From positions 14,848-78,847 of the forward strand of contig JBPCVJ010000002.1 in assembly GCA_051010635.1 (NCBI GenBank): DNA of 64,000 bases. The letters are read 5' to 3'. Below, piece by piece: positions 1 through 10,050 of this stretch (position 1 is its first letter; each line of letters opens with the position of its first letter). This DNA comes from Alphaproteobacteria bacterium (lineage in GTDB: Bacteria; Pseudomonadota; Alphaproteobacteria; JASGCL01). The position numbers were made by a program, and so were the translations under genes. The notes beneath the pieces were generated by a model. It made no database searches and was not told the DNA's origin. It was given only the letters and a program-made list of their open reading frames with translations.

Positions 1-1
1 C

Positions 2-1006
2 AATTTTGGCAAGGGCAGTATTATGAAATTGGGGGCAAAACAGCAAGAACATGTTGCATCCATTTCGACTGGTTCATTAAATTTAGATATTGCCTTGGGG
101 GTTGGCGGTTTGCCAAAAGGTAGGGTGGTTGAAATTTATGGTCCTGAAAGTTCGGGCAAAACCACCCTTGCCTTACATGTTTTGGCGGAGGCACAAAAAC
201 AGGGCGGGCAGGTAGCTTTTATTGATGCCGAACACGCCCTTGACCCTGCATATGCTAAAAAACTTGGCGTCAATATTGATGATTTGTTGATATCACAGCC
301 CGATACTGGCGAACAGGCTTTGGAAATTGCTGATACTTTGGTGCGATCATCGGCGGTGGATGTTTTGGTGATTGATTCGGTGGCCGCCCTAGTGCCGCGT
401 GCCGAATTGGAAGGCGAAATGGGCGATGTGCAGGTAGGCACGCAAGCAAGATTGATGAGTCAGGCATTGCGAAAACTTACTGGCACAATCCATAAATCAA
501 ATTCAATGATTATTTTTATTAACCAAATTCGTATGAAAATCGGCATGATGGGTTATGGTAGCCCCGAAACCACCGCTGGCGGTAATGCGTTGAAATTTTA
601 TGCATCGGTTAGGTTAGATATTCGCCGCATTGGTGCGGTGAAACATAGCGATGTTATCATTGGTAATCAAACCAAAGTCAAGGTGGTCAAAAACAAAGTT
701 GCCCCGCCTTTTCGTATTGTGGAATTTGATATTTTATATGGCGAGGGTATATCGCGGGTTGGCGAAGTGATTGATTTGGGGTTGGCCGCTGGGGTTTTGG
801 CAAAATCGGGGGCTTGGTTTTCATATGGCGATGAGAGGATAGGTCAAGGGCGTGAAGCGGTGCGAAGTTATTTAAAAAATAATCCTGAGATTTGCAAAAA
901 AATTGAATTGCAGATAAGGGAAAAATCAGAAAAAATTTCTGAAAATATGCTTGAAGAACCATTAACGCCCGCTGACGAAGATTTACCCCCACCGCCCGTG
1001 GAGTAG
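2..1006 (+). CDS. recA: Recombinase RecA (5' end cut by window edge)
   Basis: Reading frame is open back to position 2 (..[11 protein letters not shown]..). Walker [10 protein letters not shown] and RecA core [14 protein letters not shown] are present. Confidence 0.95.
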   Translation, partial: NFGKGSIMKLGAKQQEHVASISTGSLNLDIALGVGGLPKGRVVEIYGPESSGKTTLALHVLAEAQKQGGQVAFIDAEHALDPAYAKKLGVNIDDLLISQPDTGEQALEIADTLVRSSAVDVLVIDSVAALVPRAELEGEMGDVQVGTQARLMSQALRKLTGTIHKSNSMIIFINQIRMKIGMMGYGSPETTAGGNALKFYASVRLDIRRIGAVKHSDVIIGNQTKVKVVKNKVAPPFRIVEFDILYGEGISRVGEVIDLGLAAGVLAKSGAWFSYGDERIGQGREAVRSYLKNNPEICKKIELQIREKSEKISENMLEEPLTPADEDLPPPPVE

Positions 1007-1023
1007 GTGTGGTTTATTATTCA

Positions 1024-1830
1024 TTATAAAATTTGCAAAAATAAACCAATCCCCACAATAATCGCCAAGCCGATTCGCCACCAAGCAAATAGAATTAATG
1101 TGTGGCTTTGTAAATAATGCACCAGCCATTTAACCGCCATAAAGGCAGTTATGAATGAAACGGCAAAACCGCTTAACAATACCCCAATATCATTGTTGGC
1201 TAACAATGCCGAACCATGTTGCCATATCTTAAAAATTGACGCCGCCGATAAAGTTATCACCCCAAGCAAAAATGAAAATTCAATCGCCCCCGCCATTGAT
1301 AAACCCACCCACATCCCGCCTAACATAGTGGCAAGGCTGCGGCTAACGCCGGGCCACATAGCAAAACATTGTATCAAACCTATCACCAATGATTGTTGCC
1401 AAGTCATATTATCTATTGTGCCTTTTTTGATATGATAATTTTTGGGCAATGATAAAATAACCACCCCGCCAACAAACCACGCCACCACGACTGGTGCCAA
1501 ACCAAATAGATGTTCTTCAATTTTTTTATCAAATAATAAACCTATCACCGCGGCGGGCAAAAATGCCACCAATAAATTTTTTAATAATTTCAACCCCTTG
1601 CGGTCAGAATGAAAAACCCCTGTCAATAATTGTAAAAAACGATGTTTGTAAATTGCCAATACCGCCAATATAGCGCCACCTTGAATGGCAATAATATAAG
1701 CATTGTTGATAGCAGACGAATCAATACCCAATAGCCTTTGGGTGAGAATAAGATGCCCAGTGGAACTCACTGGCAAATATTCGGTTATACCCTCGACCAC
1801 ACCCAATAGGATAGATTGAAAATAATCCAT
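1024..1830 (-). CDS. uppP: Undecaprenyl-diphosphatase (BacA/UppP)
   Basis: MDYFQSILLGVVEGITEYLPVSSTGHL is the N-terminal signature of UppP and the protein is multi-TM. Start chosen at the internal MDYF Met (ATG complement at 1828-1830); the ORF could extend to 1872. Confidence 0.85.
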   Translation of the reverse strand: MDYFQSILLGVVEGITEYLPVSSTGHLILTQRLLGIDSSAINNAYIIAIQGGAILAVLAIYKHRFLQLLTGVFHSDRKGLKLLKNLLVAFLPAAVIGLLFDKKIEEHLFGLAPVVVAWFVGGVVILSLPKNYHIKKGTIDNMTWQQSLVIGLIQCFAMWPGVSRSLATMLGGMWVGLSMAGAIEFSFLLGVITLSAASIFKIWQHGSALLANNDIGVLLSGFAVSFITAFMAVKWLVHYLQSHTLILFAWWRIGLAIIVGIGLFLQIL

Positions 1831-1898
1831 AAAATAGCCTCTACCCATAAAACGATTCGTAAATCCCAGCAATCAAAAAAATAATACCCCTTAAACCA

Positions 1899-1975
1899 TG
1901 GCGTTCCCGACAGGATTCGAACCTGTGACCTTAGGATTAGGAATCCTACGCTCTATCCAGCTGAGCTACGGGAAC
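1899..1975 (-). tRNA. tRNA-Arg (anticodon CCT)
   Basis: Reverse complement GTTCCCGTAGCTCAGCTGGATAGAGCG-TAGGA-TTCCTAA-TCCTA-AGGtCACAGGTTCGAATCCTGT-CGGGAAC-G-CCA forms a cloverleaf: 7-bp acceptor stem, D-loop AGCTCAGCTGGATAGAGC, anticodon loop TTCCTAA, T-loop GGTTCGAATCC, encoded CCA. Confidence 0.9.
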
Positions 1976-2009
1976 ATTGTTTTTATCAATGGCTTTTTTT
2001 ATAAAAAAA

Positions 2010-2609
2010 CTAGTCGTCGCTTTTCATAAAATGGCTAGGCTTCATATCGGTTGAAATAGCTACCACCCCTGATCGCACCAATTCTATCTTACCCAAATCA
2101 TAAGCCCATTTAATAAATTGTTCTGTGTCAGCCACATGGCCACTATATTCAATTATCATACCGCGTGCCATATTTTTAATAACCATCGCACCTTTCTTTT
2201 CTATTTGGGCAATGATTTTTTTTCTCTTATCTTCTGTGCCCTCCAGCAATAATTTTATCAATATAATTTCTACTGACATAAAATTACCATCGGTGGTCAA
2301 ATCATGCACCTCATGCACCGGTACCAACCTTTCAAGCTGGGCTTTAATTTGCCGAATGGTTTTTTCATTACCCAATGTCACCAATGTAATTCTTGATAAA
2401 TAATTATGCTGGCTAACCGGCGAAACAGTAAGGCTTTTGATATTATAACCCCGCCCTGAAAACAACCCCACCACCCTTGCCAATACCCCCGCTTCATTAT
2501 CCACCACCACTGCTAATGTATGAAAACGCCTTTTGGTTTTTTCTTCGCTGATTTCATAAGCCGAAGCTGGCGGCGCATCATCATGGATAGGTTTTTTTTT
2601 ATTTGTCAT
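2010..2609 (-). CDS. ilvH: Acetolactate synthase small (regulatory) subunit
   Basis: ACT-domain AHAS small-subunit pattern HTLAVVVDNEAGVLARVVGLFSGRGYNIKSLTV. Start set at MTNKKK (ATG complement at 2607-2609), 8 nt downstream of the ilvB stop. Confidence 0.85.
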   Translation of the reverse strand: MTNKKKPIHDDAPPASAYEISEEKTKRRFHTLAVVVDNEAGVLARVVGLFSGRGYNIKSLTVSPVSQHNYLSRITLVTLGNEKTIRQIKAQLERLVPVHEVHDLTTDGNFMSVEIILIKLLLEGTEDKRKKIIAQIEKKGAMVIKNMARGMIIEYSGHVADTEQFIKWAYDLGKIELVRSGVVAISTDMKPSHFMKSDD

Positions 2610-2616
2610 ATTTATA

Positions 2617-4383
2617 TCACACCAAAGTTTTTCCTGCCTTGTCAATAGCCTCTTCCCCCTCCACCATCGGCCCCAACAACATTTCATTATGTGGCTTACC
2701 CGATGGTATCATAGGATAACAATTTTCCATTGGGTCAATACAAACATCCACCATCACTGGTCCATCATATAAAAGCATTTTATCAATTATCGTATCCACA
2801 TCTTTTGGTTTTTCCACACGCAAACCCAACCAGCCAAAACTCTCTGCCAATTTAACAAAATCGGGCAAAGAATCAGAATAACTTTCTGAATAACGCCCAC
2901 CATGCAACAATTCTTGCCACTGACGCACCATACCCAAATATTCATTATTAAGAATAAAAATTTTAATCGGCAAACGATATTGTTTGGCGGTTGCCATCTC
3001 TTGCATATTCATCAAAATAGAACCTTCGCCCGCTATATCAATCACCAATTTATCGGGGTTACCAAGTTGTGCCCCTATCGCCGCTGGCATACCATAACCC
3101 ATCGTGCCAAGTCCGCCCGATGTAAGCCAACGATTCGGTTTCTCAAAATGGATATATTGTGCCGCCCACATTTGATGCTGACCCACCTCGGTTGAAATAA
3201 TATAATCACGCGATTTTATTTTTTGTTGTAGGCGTTCTAAAGCATATTGCGGCTTGATAACCTCATCGCTGTTTTTATAATTGAGACATTTTTTACTACG
3301 CCAATCATTTATATTTTGCCACCATTGGCTAAGGTCTGCCTGTTTGGTTGTTTGTGAAAGTGTTTTTAATGTATCACGCAAAGCCAAAAGTGCCGCCTCG
3401 CAATCGGCAAGAATGGTCATATCCACCTCAACCGTTTTATTAAAACTACTACTATCAATATCAATATGAATTTTTTGACTATGGGGCGAAAAATCATCCA
3501 ACTTACCAGTGATTCTATCATCAAACCTTGCCCCCACGCATAACATCACATCGCAATCATGCATCGCCCAATTAGCTTCATAAGTGCCATGCATACCCAA
3601 CATACCCAAAAAATTTTTATCACTGGCAGGAAAAGCCCCAAGCCCCATCAAAGTCAAGGTTACGGGAAAATTTCCCATCGCCACAATGTCTTTCAATAAA
3701 TTAAATCCATGCCCGCCTGAATTGATAAGCCCACCGCCACCATAGATGATAGGTTTTTTTGCCGCCCATAATATTTCGGCAAGTTTTTTTATTTTATGAC
3801 CATCGGGTTTGGTTTGTGGCTGATAACTGGGGTGCGGTTTATCCTTAAAAGATTTATAATCGGTGGCGGCAAATTGCACATCTTTGGGAATATCAATCAA
3901 AACCGGTCCTGGTCGCCCAGCGGTTGCCACATAAAAAGCCTGATGAATAACCCGTGATAGATTTGTAAGGTCCTTCACCAAATAATTATGTTTGGTGCAA
4001 GAACGGGTGATGCCCGTGGTATCGCATTCTTGAAAAGCATCGGTGCCGATAAGATGCGTTGGCACCTGACCCGAAATACACACTATCGGTATTGAATCCA
4101 TCAAAGCATCGGTTAAACCTGTGATGGCATTGGTAGCGCCCGGTCCCGATGTAACCAATAAAATACCGGGTTTGCCTGTGGATCTAGCATAACCCTCAGC
4201 CGCATGGGCGGCACCGCCCTCTTGCCTCACCAAAATATGGCGAATATGATTTTGTTGAAACAGCTCATCATAAATCGGTAACACTGCCCCCCCCGGATAG
4301 CCAAACACGGTATCAACCCCTTGCTCTTTTAAAACTTGTAGCAAAATCTGCGCACCAGTTAATTGAATTTTATCAGCGGTCAT
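2617..4383 (-). CDS. ilvB: Acetolactate synthase large (catalytic) subunit
   Basis: TPP-enzyme motifs (GYPGGAVLPIYD, ThDP-binding GLGTMGYGMPAAIGA.. NNEYLGMVRQWQ). Start at MTADKIQLTGAQ (ATG complement at 4381-4383). Confidence 0.9.
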   Translation of the reverse strand: MTADKIQLTGAQILLQVLKEQGVDTVFGYPGGAVLPIYDELFQQNHIRHILVRQEGGAAHAAEGYARSTGKPGILLVTSGPGATNAITGLTDALMDSIPIVCISGQVPTHLIGTDAFQECDTTGITRSCTKHNYLVKDLTNLSRVIHQAFYVATAGRPGPVLIDIPKDVQFAATDYKSFKDKPHPSYQPQTKPDGHKIKKLAEILWAAKKPIIYGGGGLINSGGHGFNLLKDIVAMGNFPVTLTLMGLGAFPASDKNFLGMLGMHGTYEANWAMHDCDVMLCVGARFDDRITGKLDDFSPHSQKIHIDIDSSSFNKTVEVDMTILADCEAALLALRDTLKTLSQTTKQADLSQWWQNINDWRSKKCLNYKNSDEVIKPQYALERLQQKIKSRDYIISTEVGQHQMWAAQYIHFEKPNRWLTSGGLGTMGYGMPAAIGAQLGNPDKLVIDIAGEGSILMNMQEMATAKQYRLPIKIFILNNEYLGMVRQWQELLHGGRYSESYSDSLPDFVKLAESFGWLGLRVEKPKDVDTIIDKMLLYDGPVMVDVCIDPMENCYPMIPSGKPHNEMLLGPMVEGEEAIDKAGKTLV

Positions 4384-4470
4384 TTTTTTTCTTTCAATAA
4401 AACAAATACTCACAACAGATGAACATGTCAAGGTTGCGATAATTGATAAATTATTTTATAGGCTTGATAT

Positions 4471-5334
4471 ATGAAAAATTTAATCACCATGTTACGCCCA
4501 CACCATTGGGTTAAGAATCTTTTGGTTTTTACGATTTTGGTTGCCGCCAAACAGGCTTTTAACATTGAATTGCTTTGGCAAAATATCATTGTTTTTTTTC
4601 TATTTTGCCTATCTGCATCAAGCGGTTATATTATCAATGATGTGCTGGATAAAAAAAATGATATGCGGCACCCATCAAAAAAATTTCGCCCGATCGCATC
4701 GGGCAAGGTTTCTATATCCATAGCCTTCATCACGACTTTTATTTTATTATTGCTGATGGCATGTTTATCATTGGTATTTTTTTCACCAATGGTTTTATAT
4801 TTGCTGTTTGGTTATTTTCTATTGGCAGTTTTTTATTCCCTCTACTTAAAAAAATTACCGATACTTGACCTGATGATGCTTTCTTTATTTTATTTTTGGC
4901 GGGTGTGGGTGGGTAGCGAATCTGCAAACATACCATTAAGTTTTTGGCTTATCATTTTTACATTGTTTTTATTTTTTAGCCTATCTTGCCTGAAACGATA
5001 TGTTGAATTACAAAAATCAAAAACCAACCGAGAATATAAAAATATCGGTGGGCGTGGCTATTTGCCAAATGATGATATATTTGTCATGTTGATTGGTATA
5101 GCTTCATCTTTTGCGGCATTGGTGGTTTTGTCTTTATATTTTCATGAAATCAATTATTATTTTTCTTATATCTATATTATCATATTATTCCTTTGGCTGA
5201 TGCGGCTTTGGCTATTGAGTTATCGCAATATCATGTATGATGACCCGCTGGTATTTGCCATCAAGGATAAATGGTCGCTGATATTATTTTTCTTTGCTGG
5301 TGTTTTTATCATCATCGATACGCTGTTGATATAA
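4471..5334 (+). CDS. UbiA-family polyprenyl-phosphate 5-phosphoribosyltransferase (DPPR-synthase, Rv3806c-like)
   Basis: N-terminus RPHHWVKNLLVFTILVAA matches the Rv3806c motif RPRQWVKNVLVLAAPLAA. YIINDVLDKKNDMRHPSKKFRPIASGKVS matches YLVNDVRDVEADREHPTKRFRPIAAGVV, including the Asp-rich NDxxDxxxD. The 287-aa protein has about 8 TM segments. Confidence 0.8.
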   Translation: MKNLITMLRPHHWVKNLLVFTILVAAKQAFNIELLWQNIIVFFLFCLSASSGYIINDVLDKKNDMRHPSKKFRPIASGKVSISIAFITTFILLLLMACLSLVFFSPMVLYLLFGYFLLAVFYSLYLKKLPILDLMMLSLFYFWRVWVGSESANIPLSFWLIIFTLFLFFSLSCLKRYVELQKSKTNREYKNIGGRGYLPNDDIFVMLIGIASSFAALVVLSLYFHEINYYFSYIYIIILFLWLMRLWLLSYRNIMYDDPLVFAIKDKWSLILFFFAGVFIIIDTLLI

Positions 5335-5349
5335 ATTTTATAAAATTTT

Positions 5350-7102
5350 ATGAAACATATACAACATTTAAAAAAATATCTTCTAGCTAATAAAATAGCT
5401 AATTATATTTTTTCTTATCGCCTTTACATATTATTTATATTGTTGGTGGTGGCGTGTTTTTATTCTTTTTATAAAAATTCATTCCATATTGTCAAACCAC
5501 ATGCCATGGCAAGCTATCAAAAAAAGGTGGAGGCAATGGTTCTTAGCTATCTGGTTGCTGATGAATATTCTATTGATACCCATAACAAGTGGGGGTTTCT
5601 TATGCAGGACCATTCTTATTATAATCATCTCATCATACCAGAAAATCTTTCTATGCATAATATTTGGATGAATAATAAAAAACGCGAATCAATAACATTG
5701 AGGGTAAAATCTTATCAACCCATAGATTATCTATTACCCAGCTACACTCACCCAAAACCCCATACCCTTGTAAAATTAGAATTGGATAAAAATAGTGCCT
5801 TGCCCATAGATGGTCGTTTTAATTATGGAAAAAATAATTATGGTTATAATGGTAGAGATTTATTTATTAATAAAAAATCACCCCCCCCCCCCCCTCAAAA
5901 CCATCATTAGGGCGGTTGAAATAATTGGCGATAAAACTTATATCACCGTTGCCTTACCATTGGATAAATTATCAGCCATCAATCAAAATAATTTTACCAT
6001 TACACTATCTGGCGAACCCATCACTGCAGATAATATTAAAACATTTGGCTTTTGGCCCTATTTCAGTGCCATAGGCGGACAAAGCTATATTTTTTCTTGG
6101 CTTTACAAACATACCGATAACAAAGATATTAAAACATTATGGAAAATCACTGCCCTGTTATCAGCCATTGGCTTGGTTAGTTTAACATTTTTATATTATC
6201 GTTCCAATATCTTTCCCAAGGGATTTTCAATCGCATTTTTTGTCAGTATATTTTTTTCTACCGCCTTTACCCTATATGCTAGAAATCCTTACTGGATACC
6301 ATTCTTATGGTTTTTGCCAATCATATTTGCATTGCTTTATGTCAAGGCAAAATCTATCAAACAACAGAGGATAACTTTATTATTATTATATTTTGCCTTT
6401 CTATTAAAATGTATGACCAGCAGTTATGAATTTCTTAGCCCCATTGTTTTGATGATGGCGGCACCTGCCAGTTATTTATTTTTTGTAAGTAACAACTATA
6501 AAGATAAAATTGCAAATGGTAAAAAATTTCTTATGATATTTTTTATAACATTTTTAGCTTTTGTAACAACCATTTTTATTCATGCCTATATGGTAGGTGA
6601 AATGATATTGCATCAAAATATCATTGAGGGATTCAAATATCTCTATAATGAAAGATTCCGAGTTAGAGTTATAAATCTTTCAGGCTCAGATGACATATTT
6701 CAGCTTCATTCTTATAGTCAACCTAGCCACGAAGTATCTTATCTATCGGTATTAAAAACTTATATTTTTGATAGATGGTATTATAACAATATTATTTGGG
6801 GTATATCGGGGAAATGGTTTCCATGGTTAATTTTTTTAACTGGTTTGATGATCATATCTAATGATTTTATACCCCTAACCCAACGCAAAAGAAAAACCTA
6901 TAGTGCCTTATTTTTATCATTTGTTTTGGTGGCACCATCTTGGTATATTTTGGTAAAACCTTCAGCCTATAATCAGCAACATATATATTATATGGCATGG
7001 TATTTTGGATTCATCGCGGCATTATTTTATATTATAGCCAGCCACTTAAACATCTATAGAAAAATAATTTTTTCTTATGGCAAAATGAAACTTGATAGAT
7101 AA
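5350..7102 (+). pseudogene. GT-C-like multi-pass membrane glycosyltransferase, disrupted by a +1 frameshift in a C14 tract (phase-variable or pseudogene); paralog of the 14079-15878 gene
   Basis: ORF 5350-5910 (frame 1) ends ..KKSPPPPPQNHH*. ORF 5810-7102 (frame 2) continues ..HPPPPLKTII..NNFTITLSG..KTLWKITALLSAIGLVSLTFLYYRSNIFPKGF. The two pieces align collinearly with the N- and C-terminal parts of the intact 599-aa paralog; removing one C (or adding two) fuses them. Confidence 0.75.
5881..5894 (+). repeat. Homopolymeric C14 tract inside the coding sequence (slipped-strand mispairing site)
   Basis: Fourteen consecutive C from 5881 to 5894, read directly. The homologous position in the paralog (14748-14753) has only C6. 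Confidence 0.9.
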
Positions 7103-7125
7103 AATTTTTTTTATATTTTATCTAT
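7094..7125. terminator. Weak AT-rich inverted repeat between convergent genes (possible bidirectional terminator)
   Basis: atagataaaat (7095-7105), a 9-nt loop, then attttatctat (7115-7125). It overlaps both stop codons. The stem is almost entirely A/T, so stability is low. Confidence 0.2.
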
Positions 7126-8580
7126 AAATTCTGTGCCATATTTTTTGGCTATCGCCATAATGGTGGCTTGGGGGTTGCAACCCATAGCGGTTGGCACTTG
7201 CGACCCATCGGCAATATAAAAATTATCATAACCCCATACCAAACCTGTCTGGTCGGTTATACCCATCTGGCGATTACCGCTTGGCGGGCAAGACCCCATT
7301 AAATGGATAGACATCAAATTATAATTTTCGGTTCGAGAAGAATCTTTTTTTACATCTGCCATATTATGCCACCCCCGATGCCCAGCAATATCGGGCATAA
7401 CTTTTTTGGCACCATATGCAAACATAATTTCAGCCAAATACCCCATACCTTTTTTTAAATTAGCAAAATCAACCATCGCCAATTTATAGTTAATCAACGG
7501 GCTATCAAGCATTGGCAAAAAATGAAACCTACCTTTGGCGGTGGGCTTTATCATAACATAATAGGATCCAACATAATCCATATCCTGTAAAAATTCTGAT
7601 GCATTGTCATAATTATTTGCCAATGCCATACCTACAAAACCTCTGGTAAAAATAGAACCACCAAGCCGAATATCTGGCATAAATTCAGAAACAAAAGCCC
7701 CTGGCGCCATGGAAGCAGCCGTTTGAATTTTTTTAGGAAACAAACCAAACATTTTTAGCGTTGGGTGTAATTGAAAATTATCAAATGGCAAATTTGACCT
7801 TACGCCAGATTTTTTTAATATCATTGGCGTGTGGATAGAGCCAGCACAACAAAATACATATTTGAATTCAATCACCAGCTTTTTTGATGTATTATTTTTT
7901 TTCACATCGCAATAGGCACGCACAGCTTTTTTACCCTTAAAGCTAAGACGATTCACACGGCAACCCAATATCACCCTCATACCCCTTTTCAATGCCAATG
8001 GCAAAAGGCTGTTTGACATTGAGCGTTTGCCCTTTATCGGGTTGCCATATATTCTATCATCTTTTTCATCGGGCTTCATAGCAATCGATAAATATTCAGC
8101 GGCATAATTTAATTTTGCGGCACCTTTGATTAAAACATCGCTATCGGCATAATATTTTTTATGATAACTCACATGCATCTGTGAAAAACTTTTATCCCAA
8201 TAGCGAAGCAAATTTTTATAAGACCATGAATCATCTAATTGATAGGCACTTTGCCAATTTTTTACCACCTGTTCATGAGGGCGTTGAAATATTGCCGAAT
8301 TAATTTCGGTTGAACCGCCAAATGTTTTGCCTTCGGCAAATGCGATATTAGGTTTGCCCAATGTTGCGGTTAAACCCGAATTACGCCACAATTTGATAAA
8401 AACCTCTTCGGGTGTTTTTAATTGTTTGATGGGGTATTTTTCCCCCTCCTCCACCATCAAAACATCCATACCATGTTGGGTGGCAATATCGGCTATGGTT
8501 GCCCCGCCAGCTCCAGAACCTATAATCAACAGGTCAGCTTTATAAATTTTATCAGTGGCATTAACATTGATGAAGGTCAT
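7111..8580 (-). CDS. GMC-family FAD-dependent oxidoreductase
   Basis: N-terminal Rossmann DLLIIGSGAGGATIA..VLMVEEG; 489 aa with GMC-type C-terminal region (..GSCPPSGNRQMGITDQTGLVWGYDNFYIADGSQVPT..). Confidence 0.8.
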   Translation of the reverse strand: MTFINVNATDKIYKADLLIIGSGAGGATIADIATQHGMDVLMVEEGEKYPIKQLKTPEEVFIKLWRNSGLTATLGKPNIAFAEGKTFGGSTEINSAIFQRPHEQVVKNWQSAYQLDDSWSYKNLLRYWDKSFSQMHVSYHKKYYADSDVLIKGAAKLNYAAEYLSIAMKPDEKDDRIYGNPIKGKRSMSNSLLPLALKRGMRVILGCRVNRLSFKGKKAVRAYCDVKKNNTSKKLVIEFKYVFCCAGSIHTPMILKKSGVRSNLPFDNFQLHPTLKMFGLFPKKIQTAASMAPGAFVSEFMPDIRLGGSIFTRGFVGMALANNYDNASEFLQDMDYVGSYYVMIKPTAKGRFHFLPMLDSPLINYKLAMVDFANLKKGMGYLAEIMFAYGAKKVMPDIAGHRGWHNMADVKKDSSRTENYNLMSIHLMGSCPPSGNRQMGITDQTGLVWGYDNFYIADGSQVPTAMGCNPQATIMAIAKKYGTEFIDKI

Positions 8581-8849
8581 TTTTTATCCCCCTCAAATAA
8601 AACCAAAAAAGTAAGCGAACGATAAACCCTTATCAATAATTGAAAAAAATGAATATGTTTGCGTAAAATTTTATCCAATTTCAAAAACAAAAATGGTAAA
8701 TAACATAAAGTCAAAATAACAATAGCCCATTTCACATGAAAGGGAGCATTTTTTAATGATTGTTTAACAAATAAAATATGGGGTGGCTTGACCGCTTTGC
8801 GAAAATGAAGCGGCAATGAATGATGTGTCATCAAACGCACGAATATCAT
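8577..8849 (-). CDS. Small hypothetical membrane protein (90 aa) packed between the SDR and GMC genes
   Basis: The ORF exactly fills the gap: its start is 7 nt after the SDR stop and its stop overlaps the GMC start. One predicted TM (WAIVILTLCYLPFLFLKL). No recognisable family. Confidence 0.35.
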   Translation of the reverse strand: MIFVRLMTHHSLPLHFRKAVKPPHILFVKQSLKNAPFHVKWAIVILTLCYLPFLFLKLDKILRKHIHFFQLLIRVYRSLTFLVLFEGDKK

Positions 8850-8855
8850 ATTGAT

Positions 8856-9896
8856 TTAAAAAATTTTTGATGCTTGCTTGGCAAGGGATAATATCCCGCG
8901 CGGCACTGGCTTGCGATGGGTGGATTGATGGGTTTTATCAAAAGAAGAATAGTTTTTTAAATACCAGCGATAGCTATCAACCATCATATCAACATTGCCA
9001 TATTTCGGTTGCCAGCCAAGTGCTTTGGTTATATGGGTAATATCATAATAAAAATCCTTGTGATAACTTAAATAATGCCATGGACCCAAGGGGGATAATT
9101 TTAACTTATCTGCCGTCAATAAAACCAATTTAGCCAAACCAATCGGTAAAGAAATAACTTTTGATTTTGCACCAACTTTTTTAATAAAAGCTTCTAGGTC
9201 ATGCCTTAAACAGCCAAATGGCAAACCACCAACATTAAATAAACCAGATTTTTTTAACAGGGATGCCCTTACACTCACATTCGCCAAATCTTCAACCTGC
9301 ACAAATTGAAACAAATTATTACCCTTGCCAATGATAAAGATATTGGCATCGTCTTTTATCCAATCAAATAATATTTCAAATATACCAAGCCGTTCCTTGC
9401 CAATGACGGTGCGTGGTCTTATTAAACAGGCTGGCAAACCATCTTTCATCGCCTGTTGCACCAATTTATCAGCATCGGCTTTGGCTTTGCCATATTGTTC
9501 TATCGGTTGCAATGGCGCATTGGGCAAAATAGGCATGGTTTTGGCTAAACCAAAAATTGCCGATGATGACATATTACAAAGCATTTTGATATTATGCTTG
9601 AAACCCATATCAATAATATTTTTTGTGCCCACCACATTGACTTCATGAAATTTTTTGCCCGCTTTCGCCAATGGCACCAAAGCGGCATTGTGGTGAATAT
9701 GGGTAACATGTTTCATCACCTTATCGACTGCCGCCTTATCGGTTACATCCAAATAGGCAAAATGATCCTTGAATTCATCATTTTGCCAAATATCGGTTAG
9801 TAATATATTTTGTTTTTTTGCCAAAAGTTGCCTAGCAATATGGCTACCCACAAAACCCGAACCGCCGGTTATCAAATGTAAATCATTATTTGCCAT
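8856..9896 (-). CDS. NAD-dependent epimerase/dehydratase (extended SDR)
   Basis: N-terminal LITGGSGFVGSHIARQLL Rossmann motif; 346 aa with extended-SDR layout. Confidence 0.8.
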   Translation of the reverse strand: MANNDLHLITGGSGFVGSHIARQLLAKKQNILLTDIWQNDEFKDHFAYLDVTDKAAVDKVMKHVTHIHHNAALVPLAKAGKKFHEVNVVGTKNIIDMGFKHNIKMLCNMSSSAIFGLAKTMPILPNAPLQPIEQYGKAKADADKLVQQAMKDGLPACLIRPRTVIGKERLGIFEILFDWIKDDANIFIIGKGNNLFQFVQVEDLANVSVRASLLKKSGLFNVGGLPFGCLRHDLEAFIKKVGAKSKVISLPIGLAKLVLLTADKLKLSPLGPWHYLSYHKDFYYDITHITKALGWQPKYGNVDMMVDSYRWYLKNYSSFDKTHQSTHRKPVPRGILSLAKQASKIF

Positions 9897-10050
9897 GGTT
9901 ATACCCCATCAATATTTTAATCATTTTATCTATGGTTATAAATATCATCGCCATTCATCTGTTTGTTGGTCTTATTAGCCAATATCATAGCGATTGGCAA
10001 ATAGATAATTATCTTGTTATTTTAATAAAAATTATTTATCAACTAACATC

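Noticed and set aside
136-992. Several 65-101-aa antisense ORFs inside recA
   Set aside because: They sit wholly within recA, whose assignment is unambiguous.
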